Position numbers and translations under genes: made by a program. The notes beneath the pieces were generated by a model. That model did no database searches and was not told the origin of the DNA. It was given only the letters and a program-made list of their open reading frames with translations. Positions 25,513-35,871 of a stretch of 64,000 nt of DNA are shown in pieces (within the stretch, counting starts at the first letter, position 1; every line of letters begins with the position of its first letter). This DNA comes from Terriglobales bacterium (GTDB taxonomy: Bacteria > Acidobacteriota > Terriglobia > Terriglobales > Acidobacteriaceae), in contig JBHGBA010000003.1 of assembly GCA_041946775.1 (NCBI GenBank), forward strand, positions 111,969 through 175,968, read 5' to 3'.

Positions 25513-28500
25513 CTATCGCGAGCCGGTGGAGCGGCGCATAGCCGAAGCCGCACGCGTTACACCGTGACTTGGCACCGGCTGAATTGCCGCGCTTGCCCGG
25601 CCGCCGACGCGCCGCTGCTCCTCCGGTGTCAACTGGAAGATGTAATCCGTCAACAGCTTGCTGTGATCTTTGTCGTAGCCCTCAAACGATGGTGGTGTCG
25701 GCCCGGCAAAGACCCACTGGTCGTTGACCCGCTTGAATAAGCCGGAAGGCATAGACGTCCCTGGGCTGATCGCTTGCGGATCGAGCATCCAGCGTTCTAC
25801 CCAGTCCGGCTTGAGCCGTCCCTTAGCCAGCAGGAAATTCGGCGCTGTTGCCGTTTTGTCGTGCTGCGGATCGCCGGTGGCATGGCACGTCAGGCATGGC
25901 GCGGCGACGCTGGAGAACAGGCTGCGCGCCATCTCCATTTCCCTTGCCGACAACGTTGGCGCCGGCTGCGGGATGTACGGTATTGGCTGCTGCGACAATG
26001 CCTGGAAGAAGCGCACCAGCTTCCGCAGCTCGCCATCCGAAAACGAGAAACTCGGCATGCGCACCGCGAGATATGGCCGCACGCCGTTGCGGTTGGTATC
26101 CGTGTCACTCAGCGCTGGATTAGCAAGGAAACGCCGCAACCATTCGGGATCCACGCGCGCGCCTTCGGTCAGAAGCTGCGGGGGCAACTGCTCCTGCGCG
26201 TCCTGGTAGCGCTTCAGGCCCATGAGCGCCGTCTTCTGGCCGGGGATGAACTGGTGGCATCCCATGCAATTGTATTTCTTGACTATCCACCAGCCCTCTT
26301 GGATGTCGCGGCGCGAATCGGCCGGTTTGTATTGATAACTCGCGGGTAGCGATGTTTCCTGGCTGCCCAGCAGGAACGTGGTCAGCGCCCTAACTTCCTC
26401 CTTGCTCAGGTGGACGTTGGGCATGCGAAGCTTCTCGGTTTCCGATTTCACTTTGCCCAGGTCGTAAACATCGGGTTGGGCGAGTTTGTGCTCGAAGAAG
26501 CCTTTCTGGTCGTACCAGGGACCTTTCGCCGGCCCATCAGGCAGCCGCTTCAAATTTTCCGGATCGGTAATCGGCTCCTTGCCGCCGCGCTTTGCAACCT
26601 CGGTAAAGAGTGCGAAATCGAGACGCTCGATCGGCTTGCTGCCCTCGGTCGTGAGTTCCGTTCCGATGCGCCCTTCGTCCTCCAGACCGGCGATTTCGTG
26701 GCAACCGGCGCAGCCGAAATGGCGGATCCACCGCTTGCCTTCGTCCTTCAGCTTGGGATCTTCCATGAACGAAGCGTCGGCATAAGCGGCAGGCTCTTTC
26801 TTCTTCTGCCCTATCAGGTAGGTGGCGATGTCTTGCGCATCCTGCACGGTCAGGCGCAGGCTCGGCATCACCGTCATGTTCTGGACCTGGAGTTCGTGGC
26901 CGTCATTCGGACACTGGCTGTGCTCGAGATCGAACACATACGGCAGGCCCTTCTTCGCGTAATCTTCCGGGCCAATGTCCTTCTTCTCGTGTGGACAATA
27001 AGGACGGGTGCGCTCGCGGGCATTGTGTATCCAGCGCACCAGGTAGTCGTAGTTTGCCTTTTCGCCAACGCGCGTGAGGTTCGCGGCAAAGGTGCCGCCT
27101 TCCTGCAGCTCGCCCTCACCCATCGAATGGCACGCCATGCAGCCGCGCGTTTCAAACAGTTCCTTGCCGCGCGCCGCGTTCCCCGGCTTCTGCTTCGGCA
27201 GGGGACCGGTCAATCCTGCTTGCCACAGATAGGCGGAGATCGCCCGAATCTGCTCGTCGTTGAGCCGGAAGTTGGGCATCTTGGTGGTCGGACGGAAATC
27301 CGTTGGCCTTTTCAACCACACCGGAATCCAGTTCTTGTTGAGCTTCAGGCGGACGTCTTTCAGGTTCGGGCCGATCTTCTTGATGTCCTGCATCAGGCTG
27401 TGCGAACGAAAGTCGAGTTGCTGGAGCTGCCCGTCAATGTTGCTGTTGGCGACGCGCAGGGCGACGGCTTTTTGGTTCAGCCGGTTGGCTTCTTCGTTGG
27501 TTTCGGCGGCGTCGGCCTGCTTCATCAGGTGGTCGGCCTCTTTCAGGTTTTCACTCTTCTGCTGTTCGAATTGCTTGATCTGCTGAGTGATGGAAGCCAG
27601 TTCCTCAGGCTCCTTATCGTAGCCCTCGTAGCGATGGCAGCCGTTACAGCCGCGCTGGCGAAACAGGTCCTTGCCTTCGCTGAGGGTCCATCCCACGTCG
27701 CCGCTGACCAACACCATGTCGGCCGCGTGACAGGTCTGGCATCCGGCCTCGACGTTTGCTTTGGAGAAGAGCGGCCACAGCCAGTGCTTGTATTTCCCGT
27801 GGGCCTTTTTCACGCTGGTTATGGCGCGGCCGTTGCCCTGGTGACACGGCGAACAGCCAAACTTCTCAGGATCGTGCGTCTTCAGCAGCGCCGGCTCGGG
27901 GTGGCTCACGAAGGCGCGTGCGTATTCATCGGGTTCTTTCTGCCCCTTCGGCGTCATCGCGGCCGCGGTGATCGGCAAGGGCTCGCGGATGCCCATGTGG
28001 CACGATTCACAACGGTCCACAATATTGCCTTCGGCCACATTGATCTGGAGAATCTGCGGTTGCCATTCGTGGGTCTTCTTGCGTAACCCGTCAATCTGCT
28101 CGGGATTCAGACCCACCAGGTGCGCGGAAACAAACTCCTCTAGCTTGGCGCTGGCTGCGGTGACCGGCTTCAGAAGCTCGGCCAATTCCGCGCTGAGCTT
28201 GGTGCGCTCTTCCCTCAGCGCATCATAGGTCGTTTCCAGTTGCTGGTAGTTGTAGTCGGCTTTCTGACCGTCGGGATACTTGACCGTTGCTTTCCTTAGC
28301 TTGTACTTCTCAAGTTCCTCCTGCGTATTCTTCTTGCCCGACGGACTGCTCTCCGTCTCCATCTCATACGTAAGTGCGTTGACGTAAGCGCGGCGATCGG
28401 TGAACACGCCCTGCACCGCAAGGATCTTCGCGTTCAGCGCCGTAAGCTGTTTCTGGATTTCTTCGCGGCGGGGCTTGGCTGCCTGCGAAGCCTGTTCGTA

Positions 28501-28761
28501 TGCCTGGCGCAGTCGCTGGTAATCCGGATTGGACTCCAATTCTTTTCGGGCTTTGATGGCGTTCGTCTCGGCGGTGCCGAGGAACGCCGGGTAGCGTTGC
28601 TTCCACTCCCGCTGGAACGCCTTCCAGGGCCGCTGTCCGTAAGCTTCGTCCCACAGCGCCCAGAACAGGCTGGCAATCAGAAGAACCATGGCGACGGCAT
28701 AATGCGGCGCGTACGACTTGCTGACTACGGGATCATTCTCGGGGATTGGCTGTCCGGGCAC
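25513..28761 (-). CDS. membrane-anchored octahaem c-type cytochrome (1082 aa)
   Basis: N-terminal TM helix and eight CxxCH motifs (CESCH, CSPCH, CQTCH, CNGCH, CMACH, CAGCH, CMGCH, CLTCH). Confidence 0.85.
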   Translation of the reverse strand: MPGQPIPENDPVVSKSYAPHYAVAMVLLIASLFWALWDEAYGQRPWKAFQREWKQRYPAFLGTAETNAIKARKELESNPDYQRLRQAYEQASQAAKPRREEIQKQLTALNAKILAVQGVFTDRRAYVNALTYEMETESSPSGKKNTQEELEKYKLRKATVKYPDGQKADYNYQQLETTYDALREERTKLSAELAELLKPVTAASAKLEEFVSAHLVGLNPEQIDGLRKKTHEWQPQILQINVAEGNIVDRCESCHMGIREPLPITAAAMTPKGQKEPDEYARAFVSHPEPALLKTHDPEKFGCSPCHQGNGRAITSVKKAHGKYKHWLWPLFSKANVEAGCQTCHAADMVLVSGDVGWTLSEGKDLFRQRGCNGCHRYEGYDKEPEELASITQQIKQFEQQKSENLKEADHLMKQADAAETNEEANRLNQKAVALRVANSNIDGQLQQLDFRSHSLMQDIKKIGPNLKDVRLKLNKNWIPVWLKRPTDFRPTTKMPNFRLNDEQIRAISAYLWQAGLTGPLPKQKPGNAARGKELFETRGCMACHSMGEGELQEGGTFAANLTRVGEKANYDYLVRWIHNARERTRPYCPHEKKDIGPEDYAKKGLPYVFDLEHSQCPNDGHELQVQNMTVMPSLRLTVQDAQDIATYLIGQKKKEPAAYADASFMEDPKLKDEGKRWIRHFGCAGCHEIAGLEDEGRIGTELTTEGSKPIERLDFALFTEVAKRGGKEPITDPENLKRLPDGPAKGPWYDQKGFFEHKLAQPDVYDLGKVKSETEKLRMPNVHLSKEEVRALTTFLLGSQETSLPASYQYKPADSRRDIQEGWWIVKKYNCMGCHQFIPGQKTALMGLKRYQDAQEQLPPQLLTEGARVDPEWLRRFLANPALSDTDTNRNGVRPYLAVRMPSFSFSDGELRKLVRFFQALSQQPIPYIPQPAPTLSAREMEMARSLFSSVAAPCLTCHATGDPQHDKTATAPNFLLAKGRLKPDWVERWMLDPQAISPGTSMPSGLFKRVNDQWVFAGPTPPSFEGYDKDHSKLLTDYIFQLTPEEQRRVGGRASAAIQPVPSHGVTRAASAMRRSTGSR

Positions 28762-28773
28762 CGAATCCTCCCA

Positions 28774-29703
28774 CTACACGTTGAACCAGGGCGTAATCCA
28801 CACGTACTTGATGTGCCACAGCAAACGCAAAAGCACCTTGGCCGGCAAGCCAAGCATGGTCAGCAGGAAGAACATCATGATGGAGTACTGGAGCAGGCTC
28901 ATGCGCTCGTACTCCTTGCGCTTATACCGGCGGAACAGGGCGTGCACGATGAATCCGCCTGCTAGGTAGTGGCCGCCGACCACGATAGCGCCGAAAATCC
29001 CTTTGGCCAGATTGGAGGTTATGCCGAAAATGTCGGGCAGGTCGCGGTTGACCTCGTAGATCAGCCGGTTGTGGTCCCACGTCTGCCCTGGCCAGAACCA
29101 CTGCCAACCTGGGCCGCGGATGAACGTCCCGATGATGATCATCGAGACCCACAGGACAATAAAGCCAAAGGCAAAGGTCGCGATGGCGAAGCGGCGCTGC
29201 TTCCAGGTGTAATACCCACTGCCGAGCGGGTTGGGATCAATGTAGGGAATCACCATCAGCCCGATGATGATCAGCGTCGGCATGAGCACCCCGGCGATCC
29301 ACGGGTCGAAGTAAACCAGCATTTCCTGCAAGCCGAGGAAGTACCACGGCGCCTTCGCCGGGTTCATGGTCAGATTGGGATTGGCGGGCTCTTCCAGCGG
29401 CGCGTTCAGCGTGATGGACCAAATCATCAGCACGACGGTGACGATGATGGCGGCGAGGAACTCAATCCGCAGCAGGAAGGGCCAGACGTGAACTTCCTTT
29501 GCCCATCCTGGTTGGAAGGGCCAAATCTTGCGATGATGTGTCTTGGCCAGCGCCGGATTGGTCTCCAGTTCCGTAATAAGCTGGTCGGTGGCGCGCGCCT
29601 GTCTCCACGCCAGATAAATGTAGAAGGCCAGCAGCGGAATCAAAGCCACGATGGGAACATTGTCGGGCGCCGAAGCGATTTCCCAAAGTTGTCGCCAATC
29701 CAT
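28774..29703 (-). CDS. cytochrome b C-terminal-domain / subunit IV-like protein of a bc-type complex
   Basis: PAKAPWYFLGLQEML (PEWY-type motif region) with extra TM helices. Confidence 0.85.
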   Translation of the reverse strand: MDWRQLWEIASAPDNVPIVALIPLLAFYIYLAWRQARATDQLITELETNPALAKTHHRKIWPFQPGWAKEVHVWPFLLRIEFLAAIIVTVVLMIWSITLNAPLEEPANPNLTMNPAKAPWYFLGLQEMLVYFDPWIAGVLMPTLIIIGLMVIPYIDPNPLGSGYYTWKQRRFAIATFAFGFIVLWVSMIIIGTFIRGPGWQWFWPGQTWDHNRLIYEVNRDLPDIFGITSNLAKGIFGAIVVGGHYLAGGFIVHALFRRYKRKEYERMSLLQYSIMMFFLLTMLGLPAKVLLRLLWHIKYVWITPWFNV

Positions 29704-29715
29704 AACTACTCTCGT

Positions 29716-30657
29716 CTACTCGCCGGCTGCTTTTGCACCGCGCCGCGGTTTATCGGCCTCGGATTCGAGCATCACCGGCGCCGGTCCGGAAATGCCACCG
29801 TCCTTCCGTACCCGCCAGAAATGCACAATCATGAAAACGGCGGCGATTATCGGGATGCCAATGCAATGCCATATATAGGAGCGAAGCAGGGCGTTGGCGT
29901 CCACGATAGAGCCGCCTAACAAGCCAAAGCGAACGTCGTTGTAGGGCGTCATGCCGAGTTCCGGGCCGAACGGCCCTTCGTGCCCCAGCAGCGGGGTGGC
30001 GCGCGCCATGTTCGTGCCCACGGTGACCGCCCAGAAGCCAAGCTGGTCGTCCGGCAGCAGATAGCCGGTGAATGACAGCAGTAACGTGAGCACCAGCAGG
30101 ATCACGCCCACGTTCCAGTTGAACTCGCGAGGCTTCTTGTACGAACCCGTCAGGAAAACACGAAACATGTGCAGCCAGACGGTGATCACCATCAGGTGCG
30201 CCGCCCAGCGGTGCATGTTCCGCAGCAGCTTGCCGAAGGGGACATCGTGCTCCAGATACAGGATGTCGCGGAACGCCTGGATCTTCGTTGGGTGGTAGTA
30301 AAACATCAGCAGCACGCCCGTGAAGGTGAGCACGATGAACAGGTAAAAGGTGATCCCACCCATTCCCCAGGTGAAGCTGTAGCGCACCGCGTCGCGGTTG
30401 ACCTTGGCGGGATGCAGGTGAAGAAACACATTGGACAACACGCCGAGCGCCCGGTTGCGCGGCGTGTCGTCATGCTTGTGGCGGAAGATGGAGGTATAGA
30501 CCTGAGTCTTGGTGGGGTCTTTGAGATGCTCCACCTGCTCCTTGGCCTTTGCTGGCAGGTCGGTCTTGAGCGAGTGAACATCGCTTTTGATGGCGATCTT
30601 CACGCGCTCTACAATACCCACCCGGCCGTTCTTGCCGTTGGAATTCTCTTCGGCCAT
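29716..30657 (-). CDS. cytochrome b (N-terminal, b6-like) subunit
   Basis: Four-helix core with His ligands: RNMHRWAAHLMV and SFTGYLLPDDQLGFWA. Confidence 0.9.
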   Translation of the reverse strand: MAEENSNGKNGRVGIVERVKIAIKSDVHSLKTDLPAKAKEQVEHLKDPTKTQVYTSIFRHKHDDTPRNRALGVLSNVFLHLHPAKVNRDAVRYSFTWGMGGITFYLFIVLTFTGVLLMFYYHPTKIQAFRDILYLEHDVPFGKLLRNMHRWAAHLMVITVWLHMFRVFLTGSYKKPREFNWNVGVILLVLTLLLSFTGYLLPDDQLGFWAVTVGTNMARATPLLGHEGPFGPELGMTPYNDVRFGLLGGSIVDANALLRSYIWHCIGIPIIAAVFMIVHFWRVRKDGGISGPAPVMLESEADKPRRGAKAAGE

Positions 30658-30685
30658 GGTCTCCTCTTATCTGCCAAGGCGGGAG

Positions 30686-31339
30686 CTACACGCGCAGAAA
30701 CGCTCCCTCTTGCTCAAACTGGCTTGGCTGCCCTTTCGGCCATTGGTAGAGCCTGGATACATCCACGAGGATCTGCCCATCGGGCGCCAATTCCACATGC
30801 GCGCGGTCCATGGGGCGGGGCGCGGGGCCCTCGAAGTTGATGCCTTCGATGTCGTAGCCGCTACCGTGACACGGGCACTTGAACTTGCTTTCGCTCTCTT
30901 TCCAGTCGGGCGTGCAGCCCAGGTGAGTACAACGTGCGTAGATCACAAACAGGCGGTCGGGAGTGCGGTCCACCCATATGCGGTATTTCTGCTGCCACTT
31001 GGTATCAACGCCGAGACCATAGTCCGACGGATATCCGATTTTGAACGCAGTGGCGGGCTCAAAGAGCGTGCGGGGCAGGAAGAAGCGCAGAAAGGCCAGA
31101 AACCAGGCCGCCAGGAACGCGCCCACGGCAGTCCACACGAACCGGCGGCGCTGCTGGTTGAGCGGAGTGTTCTCCGGCCCCACCGTTCCGATCCCCGCAG
31201 CAGGAGCCGCTTTGGACGTGCCCACCGCGGGCGTGCCCACGTACTTGTTGGCTTCCGTGCCGCGTGACACCACCGGCGCCTGGGTTCCGGCGGTCTTGGA
31301 GGCTTCCGTTTGCGAATCAGACATCGTTACCTCTGACAT
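30686..31339 (-). CDS. Rieske 2Fe-2S subunit
   Basis: Twin-Arg QQRRRF plus a TM helix. CTHLGC...CPCHGS cluster motifs. An alternative start at 31324 has a better RBS. Confidence 0.9.
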   Translation of the reverse strand: MSEVTMSDSQTEASKTAGTQAPVVSRGTEANKYVGTPAVGTSKAAPAAGIGTVGPENTPLNQQRRRFVWTAVGAFLAAWFLAFLRFFLPRTLFEPATAFKIGYPSDYGLGVDTKWQQKYRIWVDRTPDRLFVIYARCTHLGCTPDWKESESKFKCPCHGSGYDIEGINFEGPAPRPMDRAHVELAPDGQILVDVSRLYQWPKGQPSQFEQEGAFLRV

Positions 31340-31347
31340 TCGTTGCG

Positions 31348-32385
31348 CTAATCGGCCGCCACGCTTTGTGCGGCGGCAATGTCGTTGGTTGTGGGCTGCC
31401 AGCCGGAATTCTCGCTCACCAGCAGTGCGCTTCTCACCATCTCCGCGAGGGCACTGATAAAGGTCGGGGAATCGTTCAAGCCCGGGGTCAGTTCGAAGCG
31501 TGCAATGCCGAGTGCCCCAGCCAACTCGCGCGCGTCATGATCGATTTCGCCGAGCGTTTCCACATGGTCCGAGACAAAGGAAATGGGAACGACGCATACA
31601 TCCGTGACCCGCTCGGTGGCAAGCTCGCGCAGACCCTGGCGCAACGCCGGCTGGAGCCATTTGCTCGTGCCCACTTTGCTCTGGTAGCAGAGGCGATAAC
31701 GGTTCGGCCATCTGCCTTGCTGCATGACCAGCCGCACGGTCTCCTCTGTCTGGCGCTGATAAGGATCGCCACGCGCGATGACCGCCTGCGGTACGCTGTG
31801 CGCGCTGAACAGAATTGTCGGTCGCCCCGGCTCGGGGAAGCGGGCCAGCACTTCATCTATCTTCTCGACTACTGATTGCACGTACAGCGGGTGATCGTGG
31901 AAGCTCGCGATCAGGTGTACCGGGACCTCGTGCGGAAACCGGCGCTGCCATTCGTTCAAGCTGCTTCCCGTCGTGGTGGTCGAGTATTGCGGGTACATCG
32001 GGAGCAGGACTACCTCGTCGCATGCAGCCGCGTGCAGGCGAGCGATCGCTTCACTGGTGAACGGATGCCAGTAGCGCATGGCAACGAAGCAGCGGACATC
32101 CAGACCTGAGCGCACCAGCTTGTGCTGCAGTGCCGCCGCTTGCTGTTCGGTCAGGCGGCGAATGGGAGAGCCGCCGCCGATCTCAGCATAGTGGCGACGC
32201 ACCTTCTTCGCGCGGGTGGCGGCAATCAACCGCGCCAGCGGTTCGCGGGCGAGGCCGGCGCACGGGAAATCGATGATGTCGGGATCGCAGAACAGGTTGA
32301 AGAGAAAGGGCTGAATCGCTTCCAGGGTGTCTGGCCCGCCGAGCTGGAAGAGTACAACCCCTATGCGCCGAATTGAATTTGCCAT
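31348..32385 (-). CDS. hemH: ferrochelatase
   Basis: IGVVLFQLGGPD N-terminus and HemH-like body. The stop lies 8 nt before the Rieske gene. Confidence 0.9.
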   Translation of the reverse strand: MANSIRRIGVVLFQLGGPDTLEAIQPFLFNLFCDPDIIDFPCAGLAREPLARLIAATRAKKVRRHYAEIGGGSPIRRLTEQQAAALQHKLVRSGLDVRCFVAMRYWHPFTSEAIARLHAAACDEVVLLPMYPQYSTTTTGSSLNEWQRRFPHEVPVHLIASFHDHPLYVQSVVEKIDEVLARFPEPGRPTILFSAHSVPQAVIARGDPYQRQTEETVRLVMQQGRWPNRYRLCYQSKVGTSKWLQPALRQGLRELATERVTDVCVVPISFVSDHVETLGEIDHDARELAGALGIARFELTPGLNDSPTFISALAEMVRSALLVSENSGWQPTTNDIAAAQSVAAD

Positions 32386-32633
32386 GCCCGAGGCCCCTCT
32401 GCCCTCGGTAAGCGTCGAAGCGCGACGTATGCGCATCCCCCTGGGGTGTCGCAACGAGGGATCCTGCCGCAGAAACAGTGATGCAGCCCCCGGTCGGTAA
32501 CGTTGCATGTGAACTTCACTGCATCAGGGCAATCGGGCTCACAAGGCCACGTGATACCAGTCACAGACGGTAGTGACACGTCCGCCCGAGAATGAAAGCG
32601 TAACAGAGCCGGACCAGAGGAGTGGAGGCGCCC

Positions 32634-33002
32634 ATGCCCCGAGATACGCGCGACATCATGGAAATCCTGAAGTTTGAGTTGGATTTCCTCGAACAGGGCG
32701 GCTATGGGCGCTCGGTGCGTACCCCCTGGAAACCGACTTCGATGCTCCAGGACTCGCCATCCTGCCTGAACTTCAATGACCCCGACCGACCCCACCCGTG
32801 CAGCGACTGTCTGCTGGTGGACTTCGTTCCCGCCGAAGCTCGCACGCAGGAGGTGCCCTGCCACCACATTCCCCTCGGGCCTGGGGGCCAGACGATCTGC
32901 TCCCTTGAGGGCGATCAGGTCCGGTTGGAAGAGGCGGTGAGGAGCTGGCTGCGTGCCACCATCGAGTCGCTTGAGCGAGAGCGCACGGTGTCACCCGCGT
33001 AA
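32634..33002 (+). CDS. Cys-rich hypothetical protein (122 aa)
   Basis: GGAGG RBS. KFELDFLEQGGYGR...CLNF...PCSDC...PCHH...C. No recognised family. Confidence 0.5.
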   Translation: MPRDTRDIMEILKFELDFLEQGGYGRSVRTPWKPTSMLQDSPSCLNFNDPDRPHPCSDCLLVDFVPAEARTQEVPCHHIPLGPGGQTICSLEGDQVRLEEAVRSWLRATIESLERERTVSPA

Positions 33003-33215
33003 CTGCTCCGGGCGATACCTCTTGGCCGGCCGGCCTGGTTGGAGTGATGATCGCCGCGCTGCTGGCGGCGCTGATGGGCGCCATGAGTTCGGTGTTCAAT
33101 TCGGCCTCCACCGTCTTGAGCACCGCTTGAACTTGGTGTTTTCTCTCCTGCTGTTTGCTACCGTGCTGGGATTGTGGATTTACTTCCGATACGGGCGGTT
33201 TCGGCGCTTCGTGAG

Positions 33216-34613
33216 CTATGCCCCGGCGGCATCCTCTTTTTCTTCCTCGTGTTTCTTCAACCTGCGCAGAATGGACGTGGGATGGATTCCGAGGATCCGC
33301 GCCGCCTGTGCCTTGTTCCAGTGGCATGCGACGAGAACTTCGTTGATGTAGCGCTCCTCCAGTTCGCGCAAACTGACGAATTGGCGGCCGGTCGGCAGCG
33401 ATTCGAGCGCACCGTCGGCACTGGCGACCGCGGCCTCGTAGTCGCGGATTTCTTCCGGCAGGGAAACGGCGTCAATGTCGCCCTCCGGCGCCAGAATCAT
33501 CGTGCGCTCCACTACATTGCGCAGTTCGCGAATGTTGCCCGGCCACGGATAGCGCGTCAGCAACTCGGCCGCCGCGGGGGTGAACCCGGTAAAGTTCTTC
33601 TTGAGGTCGCGGTTGTACTTCTGCATCAGGTCGAGGGCTAGCGGCAGGATGTCTTCCTGGCGCTCGCGTAACGGCCGGAGATAAATAGGCACGACGTTGA
33701 GCCGGTAGAACAGGTCTTCGCGGAACTGTCCTTGTGCGACCAGTTTTTTTAGGTCGGCGTTGGTTGCGGCGATCAGGCGCACGTCCACCTTCAGGGCGCG
33801 CGTGCCCCCCAGCCGCATGAACGTGCCTTCTTCCAGTACCCGCAGCAGCTTGGCCTGCACGTTGGGCGACATGTTGGCGATTTCATCGAGGAACAGAGTT
33901 CCCTTGTCCGCTTTCTCCAGCAGGCCCTCTTTGCGGCGGCGCGCGTCGGTGAACGCGCCCGGTTCGTAGCCAAACAGTTCGCTTTCCAGCAGCGTGTCCG
34001 GCAGTGCTGCGCAATTCAGCTCCAACAGCGGCATGGCGGCGCGCGGCGAATTGTAGTGAATTGCTTTGGCTAGCACCCCTTTACCGGTGCCGCTTTCGCC
34101 CAGGATCAAAATCGTGGTCTTGTCCGACTCAGCGGCCTTGCGCGCCACCTCCAGCGTCTGGCGCACCCGCGGGCTGGCAGTCACGACACGATCGAAGCCA
34201 TACCGGCCCTTGGCCCATTCCACGTTGTCGCGTACCCGCACGCGCAGCGACAGCATCTCGCTCGCATGGCGGATGGTATTGACCATGTCGGCGATGTGAA
34301 AGGGCTTGATCAGGTAGTCGTAGGCGCCCAGCTTCATGGATTCGACGGCGCGGTCCACCATGTGGTAGGCGCTCATCATCACCACCACGGTGCCGGGGTT
34401 GATGCGCTTAATTTGGCGCAGCACCTCGATTCCGTCAATGCCGGGCAGCACCACATCGAGCATGGCGAGATCGGGCTTCTCCTCGGCGAAGATCTTCACC
34501 GCCTCTTCACCGCTCATGGCCACGAACACTTCGAAACCCTCGTCGCGCAGCGCGCGGCTGATGGTCCGCAGCGTCAGCGCTTCATCATCGACAATGAGGA
34601 TGGAATAAGCCAT
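33216..34613 (-). CDS. sigma-54-dependent response regulator (NtrC family)
   Basis: REC domain (LIVDDE...MLDVVLPG), AAA+ GESGTGKG, ELFGYEPGAFTDA (GAFTGA variant) and a C-terminal Fis-type HTH. Confidence 0.9.
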   Translation of the reverse strand: MAYSILIVDDEALTLRTISRALRDEGFEVFVAMSGEEAVKIFAEEKPDLAMLDVVLPGIDGIEVLRQIKRINPGTVVVMMSAYHMVDRAVESMKLGAYDYLIKPFHIADMVNTIRHASEMLSLRVRVRDNVEWAKGRYGFDRVVTASPRVRQTLEVARKAAESDKTTILILGESGTGKGVLAKAIHYNSPRAAMPLLELNCAALPDTLLESELFGYEPGAFTDARRRKEGLLEKADKGTLFLDEIANMSPNVQAKLLRVLEEGTFMRLGGTRALKVDVRLIAATNADLKKLVAQGQFREDLFYRLNVVPIYLRPLRERQEDILPLALDLMQKYNRDLKKNFTGFTPAAAELLTRYPWPGNIRELRNVVERTMILAPEGDIDAVSLPEEIRDYEAAVASADGALESLPTGRQFVSLRELEERYINEVLVACHWNKAQAARILGIHPTSILRRLKKHEEEKEDAAGA

Positions 34614-34625
34614 GGTTCGCGCACG

Positions 34626-35762
34626 TTATGCGATCACTTCTTCCCCCCGCTCGACCTTCTTTCCCTCCTGGCGAATCGGCAACACGATGCGCACCGTGGT
34701 GCCGCGATTGGGCACGCTCTCGCATTCGATCTCGCCCGAATGATTCCGAATGTAAGCCTGGCTGATGCTCAGGCCCAGGCCGGTCCCTTTGCCACGCTTT
34801 GTGGTGAAAAACGGCTCGAAAACGTGCGGCAGGATGTCGGCGGGAATGCCCACGCCGGTGTCCTTGACTGTGATTTGGACGCGCTCGGCGAACTTGATTT
34901 TTTCGGCGGTGACGGTGATTACGCCCCCGTTCGGCATGGCTTGCGCCGAGTTGAGCAGCAGGTTCATCAGCACCTGCGAAATCTGGTTGGCATCCGCGGT
35001 GACCGACGGCAAGTCCGGCGCAATGTGCTTTGCGAGCCGTATGTTGCGGAACATCGGCTGGTGCGACAGGAACGCAAACGTGTCATTGACCAGCCGCTCG
35101 AAATTGAGTTTTGCCAATTGCAGCGGGCCGGGGCGGGCGTAATTGAGCAGTCCCTGTACGGTGGACGAAATGCGCTTTGTGCCCTGGATGCACTGCTCGA
35201 TCTCGATGCGCTCCTCAGAAGTGTGGGCATCCTTCAACTCGAGTTCGAGGTGCGACAGGATCCCGAGCAGCGGATTGTTGATCTCGTGGGCTGCGCCCAG
35301 CGCCAGTTGCGCCAGGGCCGCGTATTTCTCATATTCCGCCAATTGCGCTTCGAACTGGAGCTTTTCCTTAACCAGTTCACGCTCTTCCTCCAGCCGCTTG
35401 ATCAATTCCGCCTGCGCCTGGTCGCGCTCGTATTCGCGCTGCACCACTTCGCGCAGCGTCTTCTCCAACTCGCGCGCCAGCTTCAGGATGATGCCGGAAA
35501 CGAAGCGTCCAAAGCCGACCGCTAGCACCACTCCCAGCACCATGCAAACCAACAGGTATGTGCGCATGGGATGCCGGAGGTTGGGCGAGAACCGCCACAG
35601 CCGCTCGTGCAGGAGGAAATAGAAAACCACGAAGGGGATCAGCAGCACGGCGGCCGCGGCAACCGTCGTGCGAATACGCGCCTGCCGATAGACGCCCAGT
35701 CCTTTGCCGGGGAGACGTCCCGCGTGGTGAGCGTTCGCCTCGATCTGCGTCGTTTCTGTCAT
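34626..35762 (-). CDS. sensor histidine kinase (two TM helices, minimal outer loop)
   Basis: H-box [12 protein letters not shown] and HATPase motifs DTGVGI and GTGLGLS. Confidence 0.85.
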   Translation of the reverse strand: MTETTQIEANAHHAGRLPGKGLGVYRQARIRTTVAAAAVLLIPFVVFYFLLHERLWRFSPNLRHPMRTYLLVCMVLGVVLAVGFGRFVSGIILKLARELEKTLREVVQREYERDQAQAELIKRLEEERELVKEKLQFEAQLAEYEKYAALAQLALGAAHEINNPLLGILSHLELELKDAHTSEERIEIEQCIQGTKRISSTVQGLLNYARPGPLQLAKLNFERLVNDTFAFLSHQPMFRNIRLAKHIAPDLPSVTADANQISQVLMNLLLNSAQAMPNGGVITVTAEKIKFAERVQITVKDTGVGIPADILPHVFEPFFTTKRGKGTGLGLSISQAYIRNHSGEIECESVPNRGTTVRIVLPIRQEGKKVERGEEVIA

Positions 35763-35871
35763 AGGCTTGTGCCGCGACTCTCCACGATGGGACTACACGG
35801 GCGGGAATGCTGTGAGTCGGGTCACGTCTGCCAGTGAGGTGGGTCGCACGGTGGATGCCCCGGTGCAATGA

